Shown here piece after piece: positions 40,190 through 48,253 of a DNA stretch of 64,000 nt; position 1 is the stretch's first letter, and every line of letters starts with the position of its first letter. The notes below the pieces were generated by a model. The model was given only the letters and a program-made list of their open reading frames with translations, was not told where the DNA came from and ran no database searches. Location of the stretch: IMG/VR virus record IMGVR_UViG_3300029826_000001, positions 3,304 through 67,303 of that record; one strand, 5' to 3'. A program made the translations under genes and the position numbers. Origin of the DNA: a virus.

Positions 40190-40861
40190 ATGGATATGGG
40201 GAATCCAAATTACTTTGGAATTATTACTGCTCCTATAAGATACTCAAAAACGCTAACTGATTTCCAGAAAATACTGTACTCTGATATAGTTGCATTATCA
40301 AATAGATATGGCTATTGCACAGCATCTAATGACTACTTTGGTAATTTGTTCGATAAGGCTCCAGAGACAATATCTCGCTCAATAAGTGCATTACAGAAAG
40401 AAGGTCATTTAAAAGTCGTTATGGTTTACGACAAGGAAAAGCCAAGATTAATCATAGGAAGAAGAATATATCCAGTAACTAAGTTCGATGAAGATAATCC
40501 ACTTGATGAAAAATATCGAACAGAAGAGCAAGTTCCACAGCATAGAAAAAAGAAAAAAGCAGAACAAGTTGAAATACCAGCATGGATAGATAGAGAGATA
40601 TGGAGTCTATGGGAGTCACATAGGGCTGAAAAAGGACAAAAGCTAACCCCAACATCAATAAAACAGCAAATCAAGCTCCTAGAGGCAAACAAGCCACTTT
40701 ATAGGGATATTATCATTCAATCAATAAGGAATGGTTGGACTGGACTATTCCCTATCAAACCAAATGCTGGTATAATTAATAAGCCAGAAGAGGGAAGCAT
40801 AGGTTGGCATATGCAGAATGAAGAAAGGAACTCAGATACCATTGATGCGGAGATAGAATAA
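40190..40861 (+). CDS. replication initiator (N-terminal winged HTH, HTH_36-like)
   Basis: PNYF.II.A.IRY...L....KILY.DI.ALSN..GYC.ASN.YF...ISR.IS.L; C-term II.QSI.NGW.GLF. Confidence 0.85.
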   Translation: MDMGNPNYFGIITAPIRYSKTLTDFQKILYSDIVALSNRYGYCTASNDYFGNLFDKAPETISRSISALQKEGHLKVVMVYDKEKPRLIIGRRIYPVTKFDEDNPLDEKYRTEEQVPQHRKKKKAEQVEIPAWIDREIWSLWESHRAEKGQKLTPTSIKQQIKLLEANKPLYRDIIIQSIRNGWTGLFPIKPNAGIINKPEEGSIGWHMQNEERNSDTIDAEIE

Positions 40862-41466
40862 TGGCAAATATTAATCCAGACCATCTTTTGATTTTAGCTG
40901 GAATTATGGGGTTGGATGTCAACTCTCGTTCAGACAGCAAATTCATAGGATATTGCATCAACGGTATAAATGATATTGATGCATTTATCCAGTATTGCAA
41001 TGATAAAAAGGATGGAATCATAGCAAAAAGGCAAGAGAAGCTAAATATCCTTTCAATAAAATTCAAAAAAATGGAAGAAGATGCAAGGCTAAGTGATGAC
41101 TCGAATAAGGCATTAGTATATGCAAAGAGGCTTGCTGAGAAGGTTGCAGAAACAAGAAGCAGTGTCAAAAATGCAAGGGAAGAACAAGAGTTCAAAGGTA
41201 TTGACGTTACAGCTGGGTTTGGAAGTGTAATAGACCACTACACAAAAGAAAAATACTTCACAGATAAAGAGATTGCAACACTTGTTGCAGTAGCAAAAAA
41301 CACAGAGAAAGTTATCTTCTATTCAGAGACTGGGGAACTCGCAGACATGATTTATCAGGCATATATAAACAAGCTTAAACCAAAAAAGAAGTACGAAGCA
41401 CTCGCTGATGGTCAAAAGAACGTTATGAAGATGATAAGTGGAGCGGTCAAACATGGAGAAGACTAA
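40861..41466 (+). CDS. replication-associated hypothetical protein (helicase-loader position)
   Basis: Coupled to the initiator; no clear motif. Confidence 0.55.
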   Translation: MANINPDHLLILAGIMGLDVNSRSDSKFIGYCINGINDIDAFIQYCNDKKDGIIAKRQEKLNILSIKFKKMEEDARLSDDSNKALVYAKRLAEKVAETRSSVKNAREEQEFKGIDVTAGFGSVIDHYTKEKYFTDKEIATLVAVAKNTEKVIFYSETGELADMIYQAYINKLKPKKKYEALADGQKNVMKMISGAVKHGED

Positions 41467-41647
41467 AAGAGAGAGAAAGCTTGAAAAGACAATTCACACA
41501 CTCGTAGGATTTATGGGTGAGATTGATGATGCAAGAAACGTTATTAATAACATGATGGTAAATGCATTAACTCATATAAAGAAGGGTCAAATCGGTCAAG
41601 CGACAAAAATAATAGAGAAAGCCAAAAAACTTACGGACAAGAAGTAG
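41453..41647 (+). CDS. hypothetical protein
   Basis: GGAG RBS. Confidence 0.6.
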   Translation: MEKTKRERKLEKTIHTLVGFMGEIDDARNVINNMMVNALTHIKKGQIGQATKIIEKAKKLTDKK

Positions 41648-41649
41648 AT

Positions 41650-42006
41650 ATGATGAGTTCCAATACACGAAAAAAGCTAAAGAAGTTTCTAGGCAAGACA
41701 GTAATGTACACAGCGTTTTTTGGTGGTGTTTCATCCCATAGTAGAAATATGGTTATATTGTTCGAGTTGAGGCATAATGGGAAATTAATATCAGACCATG
41801 TTAGTGTTTCTGGAGAGATATTGAAGGGAAATATAGATATTGGAGACAAGGTATCGTTCTTTTCTGAGGCATACACCTATAGAGATAAGAGAGGAGTAAG
41901 AAAGTATGGTTTAAAGAGTGTCACATACTACATAGTAGGTGATAATGGTGAAGAGCTATTCAAAAAGATTAGACATGACAAGGCAAACAGACAAAGGAGA
42001 TGTTAA
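41650..42006 (+). CDS. hypothetical protein (OB-fold-like)
   Basis: DH....GDKV.F.....Y...G...YGL pattern. Confidence 0.6.
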   Translation: MMSSNTRKKLKKFLGKTVMYTAFFGGVSSHSRNMVILFELRHNGKLISDHVSVSGEILKGNIDIGDKVSFFSEAYTYRDKRGVRKYGLKSVTYYIVGDNGEELFKKIRHDKANRQRRC

Positions 42007-42344
42007 TGTATGGTGATAACAGTAGACGTTTAGCGATAGGTATAGACTTTGATGATACTATAACAAGGAACGAAGATATGTTCTTTGATATCATAAAAAT
42101 TATGAAGAATAGAAATTGCGATGTATACATTGTTACGGCAAGAGGTAAAAACCAGTGGTGTGAAAAGCTGAGAAACTTCAGTTCAAAAGCAAATGTTCAA
42201 GTTATTTTTGCTGGAACAAAAGCAAAACATGAAGTTGCTGTGATAGATATTTGGATTGATGATTTTCCTTTGGCAATTACGCATGATTTCAAGGAAGCAA
42301 GATGGAGTCCTAGTAAGACATTAATTGAGGAGAGACTTGTATGA
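42000..42344 (+). CDS. HAD-superfamily phosphatase-like protein
   Basis: IGIDFDDTI, IVTAR, K, IWIDD.P. Confidence 0.8.
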   Translation: MLMYGDNSRRLAIGIDFDDTITRNEDMFFDIIKIMKNRNCDVYIVTARGKNQWCEKLRNFSSKANVQVIFAGTKAKHEVAVIDIWIDDFPLAITHDFKEARWSPSKTLIEERLV

Positions 42345-42658
42345 CCGAAGATATACATAAGATTGTCGGAGAACTAGAGGTTGAGCTTATTAAGTATGGG
42401 ATAACTGTAGACTTTAACGGAGAAGGATATGTTCTTAACTCATCAAGAAACGATACTGCACTAAAGCTTATTCTTGAAAGGTTGGAACTTGAAGCAAAAA
42501 TAGAGACCATATCGCTTCTTCTTGCTGGAGAAGAGATTAATGGTCATATGATTGCAGACGGTCAGGAAGATAAGGCTGAAAAATTAATAGGTGAATACAG
42601 AGCTGAGATAGATGTAATATCAAAAGAGTTGAAAAAATATGAGGTGTCAAATGTCTGA
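42341..42658 (+). CDS. hypothetical protein
   Basis: GAGGAG RBS, coupled. Confidence 0.65.
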   Translation: MTEDIHKIVGELEVELIKYGITVDFNGEGYVLNSSRNDTALKLILERLELEAKIETISLLLAGEEINGHMIADGQEDKAEKLIGEYRAEIDVISKELKKYEVSNV

Positions 42659-42977
42659 AGCATATTCAAAAGAAAAACAGCTAGGAAAGTCAAAGAGGGA
42701 AAACCCAAAGAAGATGACAAGAACAGAGCTTGATGCATATGAGACATTCATTGATGAAAAGCAAAAAGGTTTGTGCTTCTGTGGATGTGGTAGACCTATA
42801 ACAGAATATCATCATGCATGGTTCGGAGCATACAAAGACGATAGGTACTTGGTTGGTATCGCACAATATCCATGCCACTATGCAATCCATCATGGAAAAG
42901 ATATTGATTTGAAGTCGAGACTAATCCTACTGTCGAGAAAAAAAGCAAAAGAGCACTGGAAAGACTACAACTCATGA
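42651..42977 (+). CDS. HNH-like zinc-binding nuclease
   Basis: C.CGC....E.HH ... CH..IH. Confidence 0.6.
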   Translation: MSEAYSKEKQLGKSKRENPKKMTRTELDAYETFIDEKQKGLCFCGCGRPITEYHHAWFGAYKDDRYLVGIAQYPCHYAIHHGKDIDLKSRLILLSRKKAKEHWKDYNS

Positions 42978-43372
42978 TTACAAAAAAAGGTAGTGAAGCG
43001 AACGAGCAAGAGATATTTGTCCTCTACTTGGAAAAGCAGAACATACCAGTTATCCCAAATCTAAATGAGAACATATGGTCTGGAATCATAAGATGGGTAG
43101 TAAAGCCAGAAAGCGTTGCACTTGGAATTATAGCTAGAATAGAACAGAAGATGAAGAAGATGGGTAAACGAAAGGGTGTTCCAGATTTATTTATCCCTTA
43201 CCCGTCTGGTAGATATCATGGAATGTATATTGAGATGAAGTATGGAAAAAACAAGGCTACGAACGAACAGATGGAATGGCTACAGAGACTATCGAAGCTT
43301 GGATACTACTGCGTAATATGCTACAGTGCAAAACAAGCGATAACCGCATTTGAAAAATACAAGAAAGGATAA
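42974..43372 (+). CDS. VRR-NUC domain nuclease (resolvase-like)
   Basis: E..EQ, G.RKGVPDL, G.YIEMK, Q.EW...L...GY. Confidence 0.9.
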   Translation: MITKKGSEANEQEIFVLYLEKQNIPVIPNLNENIWSGIIRWVVKPESVALGIIARIEQKMKKMGKRKGVPDLFIPYPSGRYHGMYIEMKYGKNKATNEQMEWLQRLSKLGYYCVICYSAKQAITAFEKYKKG

Positions 43373-43373
43373 T

Positions 43374-43447
43374 TGGCTGTAGTGAAGAGAATCGAACTCT
43401 TTCATCCGTACTGTACGATACAGACCTTCCCTAGTAGAACGCTAAAA
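43374..43447 (-). pseudogene. degenerate tRNA-like element
   Basis: Intact T arm AAGAG-TTCGATT-CTCTT and 3' GCCA, but mismatched acceptor stem and non-canonical D and anticodon arms. Confidence 0.45.
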
Positions 43448-43453
43448 CGATTA

Positions 43454-43530
43454 TGGTGGGTAAGTATGGACTTGAACCATAGACCAACCGCTTATGAGGT
43501 GGTTGCTCTAACCAACTGAGCTACATACCC
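43454..43530 (-). tRNA. tRNA-Ile2/Met (anticodon CAT), Ile2-like
   Basis: GGGTATGTAGCTCAGTTGGTTAGAGCA...CT-CAT-AA...GGTTCAAGTCCA...ACCA. Confidence 0.85.
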
Positions 43531-43544
43531 GAAATATTGATATT

Positions 43545-43621
43545 TGGCTGAGATAGGGGGCATCGAACCCCCAAACATCACATTAACAGTGTGACGGATT
43601 TACTAGTTTGCCTATATCTCA
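43545..43621 (-). tRNA. tRNA-Asn (GTT)
   Basis: TCACA-CTGTTAA-TGTGA anticodon arm, G73, encoded CCA. Confidence 0.85.
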
Positions 43622-43625
43622 ATAG

Positions 43626-43715
43626 TGGAGGAGTATGTAGGATTTGAACCTACGGTAGTTTTAACTACAAGTGACTAGCAATCACCCAGATTAAACCAGA
43701 CTCTCTCAATACTCC
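43626..43715 (-). tRNA. tRNA-Ser (GCT)
   Basis: TT-GCT-AG loop, long variable arm GTAGT/ACTAC, encoded CCA. Confidence 0.85.
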
Positions 43716-43720
43716 ATGTA

Positions 43721-43819
43721 TGGCAAGTATCTCTGGACTTGAACCAGATTTGAGGTCATGACAAACTCAACGCTCTAAAGAAACACTCAACTAGTATCAT
43801 TCCAATATAGCAAATACTT
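43721..43819 (-). ncRNA. atypical 99-nt tRNA-like RNA
   Basis: Paired acceptor AAGTATT/GATACTT-G-CCA and T arm TCTGG-TTCAAGT-CCAGA, with an enlarged non-canonical middle. Confidence 0.5.
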
Positions 43820-43837
43820 ACAGATAAAAAAACAATA

Positions 43838-43912
43838 TGGAGCGTCAGGGTGGATTCTAACCACCGACCTTCCAGCTGGAAACTGGATGCTCTAACACTG
43901 AGCTACTAACGC
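43838..43912 (-). tRNA. tRNA-Gly (TCC)
   Basis: TCCAG-TTTCCAG-CTGGA arm, U73, CCA; variant T loop TTAGAAT. Confidence 0.8.
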
Positions 43913-43928
43913 ATAAGTGGGTAATTGA

Positions 43929-43936
43929 ATTATACA
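43929..43936 (-). promoter_or_regulatory. -10 box for the tRNA operon
   Basis: TGTATAAT on the minus strand about 17 nt upstream of tRNA-Gly. Confidence 0.5.
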
Positions 43937-43952
43937 AGAGTAAACCTTATAG

Positions 43953-44146
43953 AATGTCGAAATGTCGAACTTTTAATGTCGAATTGGTATTTTTATGTCG
44001 AATTTTGGTATTATGTCGATAGATGGTTTATGTTGAATAGTCTTCAAAGCTCGGTGTTTTGGGGGTTTGTGTTGAATGTCGAATGTCGAACATTAATTTG
44101 TCGACTTTTTAAGTTGAGAGTCTTTGGAGGTTAATGGTTTGTCGAA
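43953..44146 (+). repeat. cluster of same-orientation TGTCGA repeats; candidate pac site
   Basis: Nine TGTCGA plus two TGTTGA within about 190 bp, directly upstream of and overlapping the terS start. Confidence 0.65.
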
Positions 44147-44903
44147 AGTAAGCAAAGTTTCAGACAGTACACTTGAAGAAATAAAGATTCTTTGGGAGAA
44201 GGGTGAGAGGAATAATTCCAATATCGCTTCGATGTTTGAAGAGTACAATGTAACTGAAAAGAATATTCGAGACTGGGCTAAAAAGTTCGGATGGACTAGG
44301 GAGCATAAGCCTTCACTGAAGAGACCAAAGGTTGGAGATGCTGGAGCAGTTGTAAGGCTCACAGATAAAAGAAGAAAAAAGAAACCAAAACAAAATCCAG
44401 AAGTACAGAAGAAAACTCACGGAGACCAGCAGAGGGAAGATATACTTAGGTCGATGGAGGAGATAGAGAGAGGTGAAAGATTCTCAACAAAGGAGTTGAA
44501 CGAGATTCTTGAAATCATCCTTGAGATGATAGTGTCTGGATACAGAAAGACACAAATAAAACAGTTTCTGGAACGAAAAAGACAAGTTGCCACCCACTTA
44601 TTTAACGAACTACACTTACACGCTATCAAAGCACTAGCAGACTCAATAGAATATAATATGATGTCAAGATATGCATTCCATGTTGAAGCAAGACTCAGGC
44701 TTTTAAGAAAGCTTGAGGAAAAGGAAGACTGGAGAGGTGTTCATGCTGTGCTTATGGATTTAGGTAGGCTTGAAGGTGTGTATCCTAAAGACCCTATACT
44801 CGACATGAAGGGTGTTGAATCCACCAAGAAGGTATTCGCACTCAAGGTTCCAGATGAGTATAGGAACATGGCTATCACAGCAAAGGTGATTCCAAATGAG
44901 TAG
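44139..44903 (+). CDS. terminase small subunit-like protein
   Basis: HTH-like N-terminus (IA..F....V....IRDWAKK.GW); overlaps terL; TTG start after GGAGG. Confidence 0.7.
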   Translation: MSKVSKVSDSTLEEIKILWEKGERNNSNIASMFEEYNVTEKNIRDWAKKFGWTREHKPSLKRPKVGDAGAVVRLTDKRRKKKPKQNPEVQKKTHGDQQREDILRSMEEIERGERFSTKELNEILEIILEMIVSGYRKTQIKQFLERKRQVATHLFNELHLHAIKALADSIEYNMMSRYAFHVEARLRLLRKLEEKEDWRGVHAVLMDLGRLEGVYPKDPILDMKGVESTKKVFALKVPDEYRNMAITAKVIPNE

Positions 44904-46212
44904 AGTAGAGACACTAGTAGAACAAATTGATATGACGGCTCTGTTCGAGACAACGAACAAAAAGTACATTCCGTTCTACTGGGATATGTCAAGATATTTT
45001 ATTGCATTCGGTGGTGCTGGGTCAGGTAAATCAAGATGGGTCGGTCAAAAGATGCTCTATCGTATGCTTGATGAGACCCCACATAGAATACTTATTGTAA
45101 GAAAGGTAGCAACAACCCTAAGAAAGTCTGTCTTCCAGCTTATGGTCGACTATATCCATAAGTACGGTCTGTCATCGAAGTTCATAATCAGAAAAGGCGA
45201 TATGACCATAGAGTGTGAGAATGGTAACCAGATGTACTTTATGGGTCTTGATGATGTTGAGAAGCTAAAGTCAATCGAGGGTATTACAAGCATATGGATT
45301 GAAGAAGCAAGTGAAATCACTCAAGACGACTTCTTGCAACTAGACTTGCGTTTGAGAGGTTACACTCAAAACTATCAGCAGATTACATTATCATTTAACC
45401 CGATATCTGAGCACCATTGGATTAGAAAACTCTTTTTTACTGATGATATCGAAGAAACGATTGATGAAGACGGATGCTACATCGGTGATGATGTAACGAT
45501 AGTGAAGTCAACTTATCTTGATAATGAGTACATAGACGATAGATATAAAAAGGTTCTCAACGACCTAAAGCTAAAAGACCTGAGAATGTATAATATATAC
45601 GCTCTTGGTAAGTGGGGTGTTCTTGGTAATTTGGTATTTAACCCATACAATGACATCACAAGGTTTCCGACAGTCGCACAGATTCCAGACCTACAAATAA
45701 CATACGGTGTTGACTTTGGTTTTACCAACCCATCAACATTTATAAAAATAGGTTATTCAAAGCTCAATAATGCACTATATTTGGATGAACTATATTACGA
45801 ATCAAACACAACCAAACCAGAATTTATAACAGCCGTCAAAAGGTCAAATCCAGACATGAAAGATATTGTCGGGTACGGTGACTCAGCTGAACCAGCCTCA
45901 ATCAAAGAATTTACTAAATCTGGGTTCAAGATGAAGTCGGCACACAAAGACACAAACATGAGTATCGACTTTATAAATAGGCATACTGTATACATCACAT
46001 CAAGAAGCAAGAATCTAAAAAAAGAGTGGGAAGGATACAAGTGGAAACAAAATAAGGATGGCGAGACGGTTGATGAGGTCGTAAAAACAAATGACCACTG
46101 TATAGATGCTGTTAGGTATGGTGCATACACTAAGTGGGGAATCATTGTAGACTCGAAGGGTCATGTTTCAGATAAGCAAATGTCAATCATCAAATCTTAT
46201 GGCAAATATTAA
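44896..46212 (+). CDS. terL: terminase large subunit, PBSX family
   Basis: GGAGSGKS, GLDDVEKLKS, WIEEASE, SFNP, STYLDN, GVDFGF..P, DSAEP, NDHCIDAVRY. Confidence 0.95.
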   Translation: MSRVETLVEQIDMTALFETTNKKYIPFYWDMSRYFIAFGGAGSGKSRWVGQKMLYRMLDETPHRILIVRKVATTLRKSVFQLMVDYIHKYGLSSKFIIRKGDMTIECENGNQMYFMGLDDVEKLKSIEGITSIWIEEASEITQDDFLQLDLRLRGYTQNYQQITLSFNPISEHHWIRKLFFTDDIEETIDEDGCYIGDDVTIVKSTYLDNEYIDDRYKKVLNDLKLKDLRMYNIYALGKWGVLGNLVFNPYNDITRFPTVAQIPDLQITYGVDFGFTNPSTFIKIGYSKLNNALYLDELYYESNTTKPEFITAVKRSNPDMKDIVGYGDSAEPASIKEFTKSGFKMKSAHKDTNMSIDFINRHTVYITSRSKNLKKEWEGYKWKQNKDGETVDEVVKTNDHCIDAVRYGAYTKWGIIVDSKGHVSDKQMSIIKSYGKY

Positions 46213-46220
46213 TATTAAAA

Positions 46221-46274
46221 TAAGCCAATAATTGTTATAATAATGTACACAAAAACCAACAAAAAAGGAAACAG
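46221..46274 (+). promoter_or_regulatory. early promoter/leader cassette P3
   Basis: TAAGCCAATAATTGTTATAAT...AAAAACCAAC AAAAAAGGAAACAG-ATG; lacks GGACTAG. Confidence 0.85.
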
Positions 46275-46733
46275 ATGAAAACTGGAAATTTCTCTCACAA
46301 GATACCTAGCGACAAATATTGTAGGGTATCAATAGCGGTCGGAGACCCAAAGTATGGTGATAAGCCAGATTTTAAGATAGACCAACTTGCACCGACATGG
46401 AAGCTACTCAATGCATTTAGAAATGAAATGATTACAGAAGAAGAATATGTTGCTCAATTCAATGAACAATTATCTGTACTCAATCCAAAAGGAACGCTAG
46501 AAGCAATCAAAAAAGCGTGTGGAGACAAGGAGCCAGTATTATTGTGTCACTGTGGGAAACAACACTTTTGTCATAGACATCTTGTTGCTGAATGGCTTGA
46601 GAATGGAACTGGTGAAAAAATTGAGGAATTCAATTATGGTGAAACACCAAGATATCATGGAAGAATCATCAAAGGTGTAAAACATAGTGAAGAAGAGCCA
46701 GAACAATCATTAGAATGGAGTCTGTTTGGATAA
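46275..46733 (+). CDS. DUF488-like protein
   Basis: LAPTW.LL...Y...F...L...VLLC.....FCHRHLVAEWL. Confidence 0.8.
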   Translation: MKTGNFSHKIPSDKYCRVSIAVGDPKYGDKPDFKIDQLAPTWKLLNAFRNEMITEEEYVAQFNEQLSVLNPKGTLEAIKKACGDKEPVLLCHCGKQHFCHRHLVAEWLENGTGEKIEEFNYGETPRYHGRIIKGVKHSEEEPEQSLEWSLFG

Positions 46734-47523
46734 GGTTAAAAAGCTTGACGGGATTATATCTAATTGTCTCGAAAAGGATTGCGGATTTGTATGCTGTGAT
46801 TTTGGTGAGAAGGGTCATATTATAATCTTGCCAAATGAGCTTGATGGTATAAATGCAGATATGATGAAGCACCTCACTACAGTAAGTGAGAATGGTGATG
46901 GAAGTCGTTTTGTTAAGTGTACTGCTACAGATAGAGTATCGTGCGACAATGGATATAAACCGATACAGTGTAGGACATTTCCACTGTGGCTGAGAGGAGA
47001 TAGCACTTTTGAGAAGAGCACAAGATGTCCTCTTACTCCAGAAGAGTCAACGCTTCATGCGGAGATGGCAAGAAGATTATTCGACAGTGTTGGAGCAACA
47101 CAAGACTTTCTTGATAAGGCAGTTATCACAATGTATGAAAAACTGTATACAGTAAGAGAAGCAACAAACGATGATTTAGGTGTCATAATGTCCATTTATA
47201 GCATGATAGACGCAGACCCAAATACATTCATCAAGAATGATGTTGTGACGGTAAAAAACCTTCTTAAGAATTCAATTATTTGCGAGTCTGGAGGAAAGGT
47301 TGTTGGATTCATGTTGAAGAACAGCCTATACATAGATACTATCGTTTCAATAAGTGATGGAGCTGGTACTGCAATGATGAAAACACTCAAAGGTAAATAC
47401 CTTGTTCATATCTCGGATAGCAACAGAAGTAGTCTGAATCTATTTAAGAAATTTGGATTCAGGAAGGTCGGTGATGACAAGTTGCATGGATATGATAGGG
47501 GTCTGTATGAAGCTGAGTTGTAG
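46726..47523 (+). CDS. Cys-cluster (YkgJ-like CxxxCxxCC) domain fused to a GNAT acetyltransferase
   Basis: CLEKDCGFVCC...PIQCRTFP...CP; C-term GAGT.MM...N..SLNLFKKFGF. Confidence 0.7.
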   Translation: MDKVKKLDGIISNCLEKDCGFVCCDFGEKGHIIILPNELDGINADMMKHLTTVSENGDGSRFVKCTATDRVSCDNGYKPIQCRTFPLWLRGDSTFEKSTRCPLTPEESTLHAEMARRLFDSVGATQDFLDKAVITMYEKLYTVREATNDDLGVIMSIYSMIDADPNTFIKNDVVTVKNLLKNSIICESGGKVVGFMLKNSLYIDTIVSISDGAGTAMMKTLKGKYLVHISDSNRSSLNLFKKFGFRKVGDDKLHGYDRGLYEAEL

Positions 47524-48253
47524 TATAGGCGGTCTCATTAGAAACAGAGACTTCATAAAGGATATTTGCAACTCAAAGAATCTTGAGCTGGCTTTTATGA
47601 TAAAGAAGCAGTTAGCTATTCCAGAAATCATGAGTGTACTCGATAATGAGAAAGTGTACACTACAGAAGAAAGCAGTAAAGCAAAATCAATCTACCATGA
47701 CAAGAATATAGTGATTGTTGATGCGTTTGAGCGTAGAGAGGGAATCAGCGTTACGGATGCGGTAAAGATAGCAAGCTCTGAGCTTACAGCAATAGTAAAT
47801 TTTTACTGCTGTGAGGAGAGGATACCTACAGATACAGACCTCAATAGAATATACAAGAAGCTGAAGTCGTCTGGATTCGGAAGGGTATCTTTCGGTGGAA
47901 GTATGTTCATTGAGTTTGACTATACAGAATACGATGAGATGAGGGTAGGAGAAGCGTTCCTAACTGGATACTCAACTGTTTACAATAAAGAGATATCTGA
48001 ATGCAATCCTTTCAGTGTCGAGCTTGATATCTACAAAGAGGAGGCAGACAGATATGTCGTAGAACATGGATTCTTGGAGATAGGTGGGTTCACTGATGCG
48101 GATACTGTATGTGTGAACACTGATTTTACAGTAATTGAAAAAAGAAGTGGAATGGTAGAGCGTAATGGTAAGCTCATACTGCATCCAGACTATTTTACAC
48201 TTATAAAGTTAGCACATAATGGAGATTTGAAAAATGCTGAATTTACTAGATAG
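47507..48253 (+). CDS. PLP-dependent amino-acid racemase (alanine/ornithine racemase fold), compact
   Basis: N-terminal Lys (FMIKK), RREGI, NF.C....PT, SFGGS, MRVGEAFLTG. Confidence 0.75.
   Translation: MKLSCSIGGLIRNRDFIKDICNSKNLELAFMIKKQLAIPEIMSVLDNEKVYTTEESSKAKSIYHDKNIVIVDAFERREGISVTDAVKIASSELTAIVNFYCCEERIPTDTDLNRIYKKLKSSGFGRVSFGGSMFIEFDYTEYDEMRVGEAFLTGYSTVYNKEISECNPFSVELDIYKEEADRYVVEHGFLEIGGFTDADTVCVNTDFTVIEKRSGMVERNGKLILHPDYFTLIKLAHNGDLKNAEFTR

Noticed and set aside
43721-43819. Selenocysteine (TCA) or ochre-suppressor (TTA) tRNA
   Set aside because: Neither triplet sits in a canonical 7-nt loop with U33 on a sound stem; genes end normally in TAA, TGA and TAG, so there is no sign of recoding
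43925-44134. 69-aa + strand ORF
   Set aside because: It merely translates the TGTCGA array, has no RBS and overlaps the tRNA promoter
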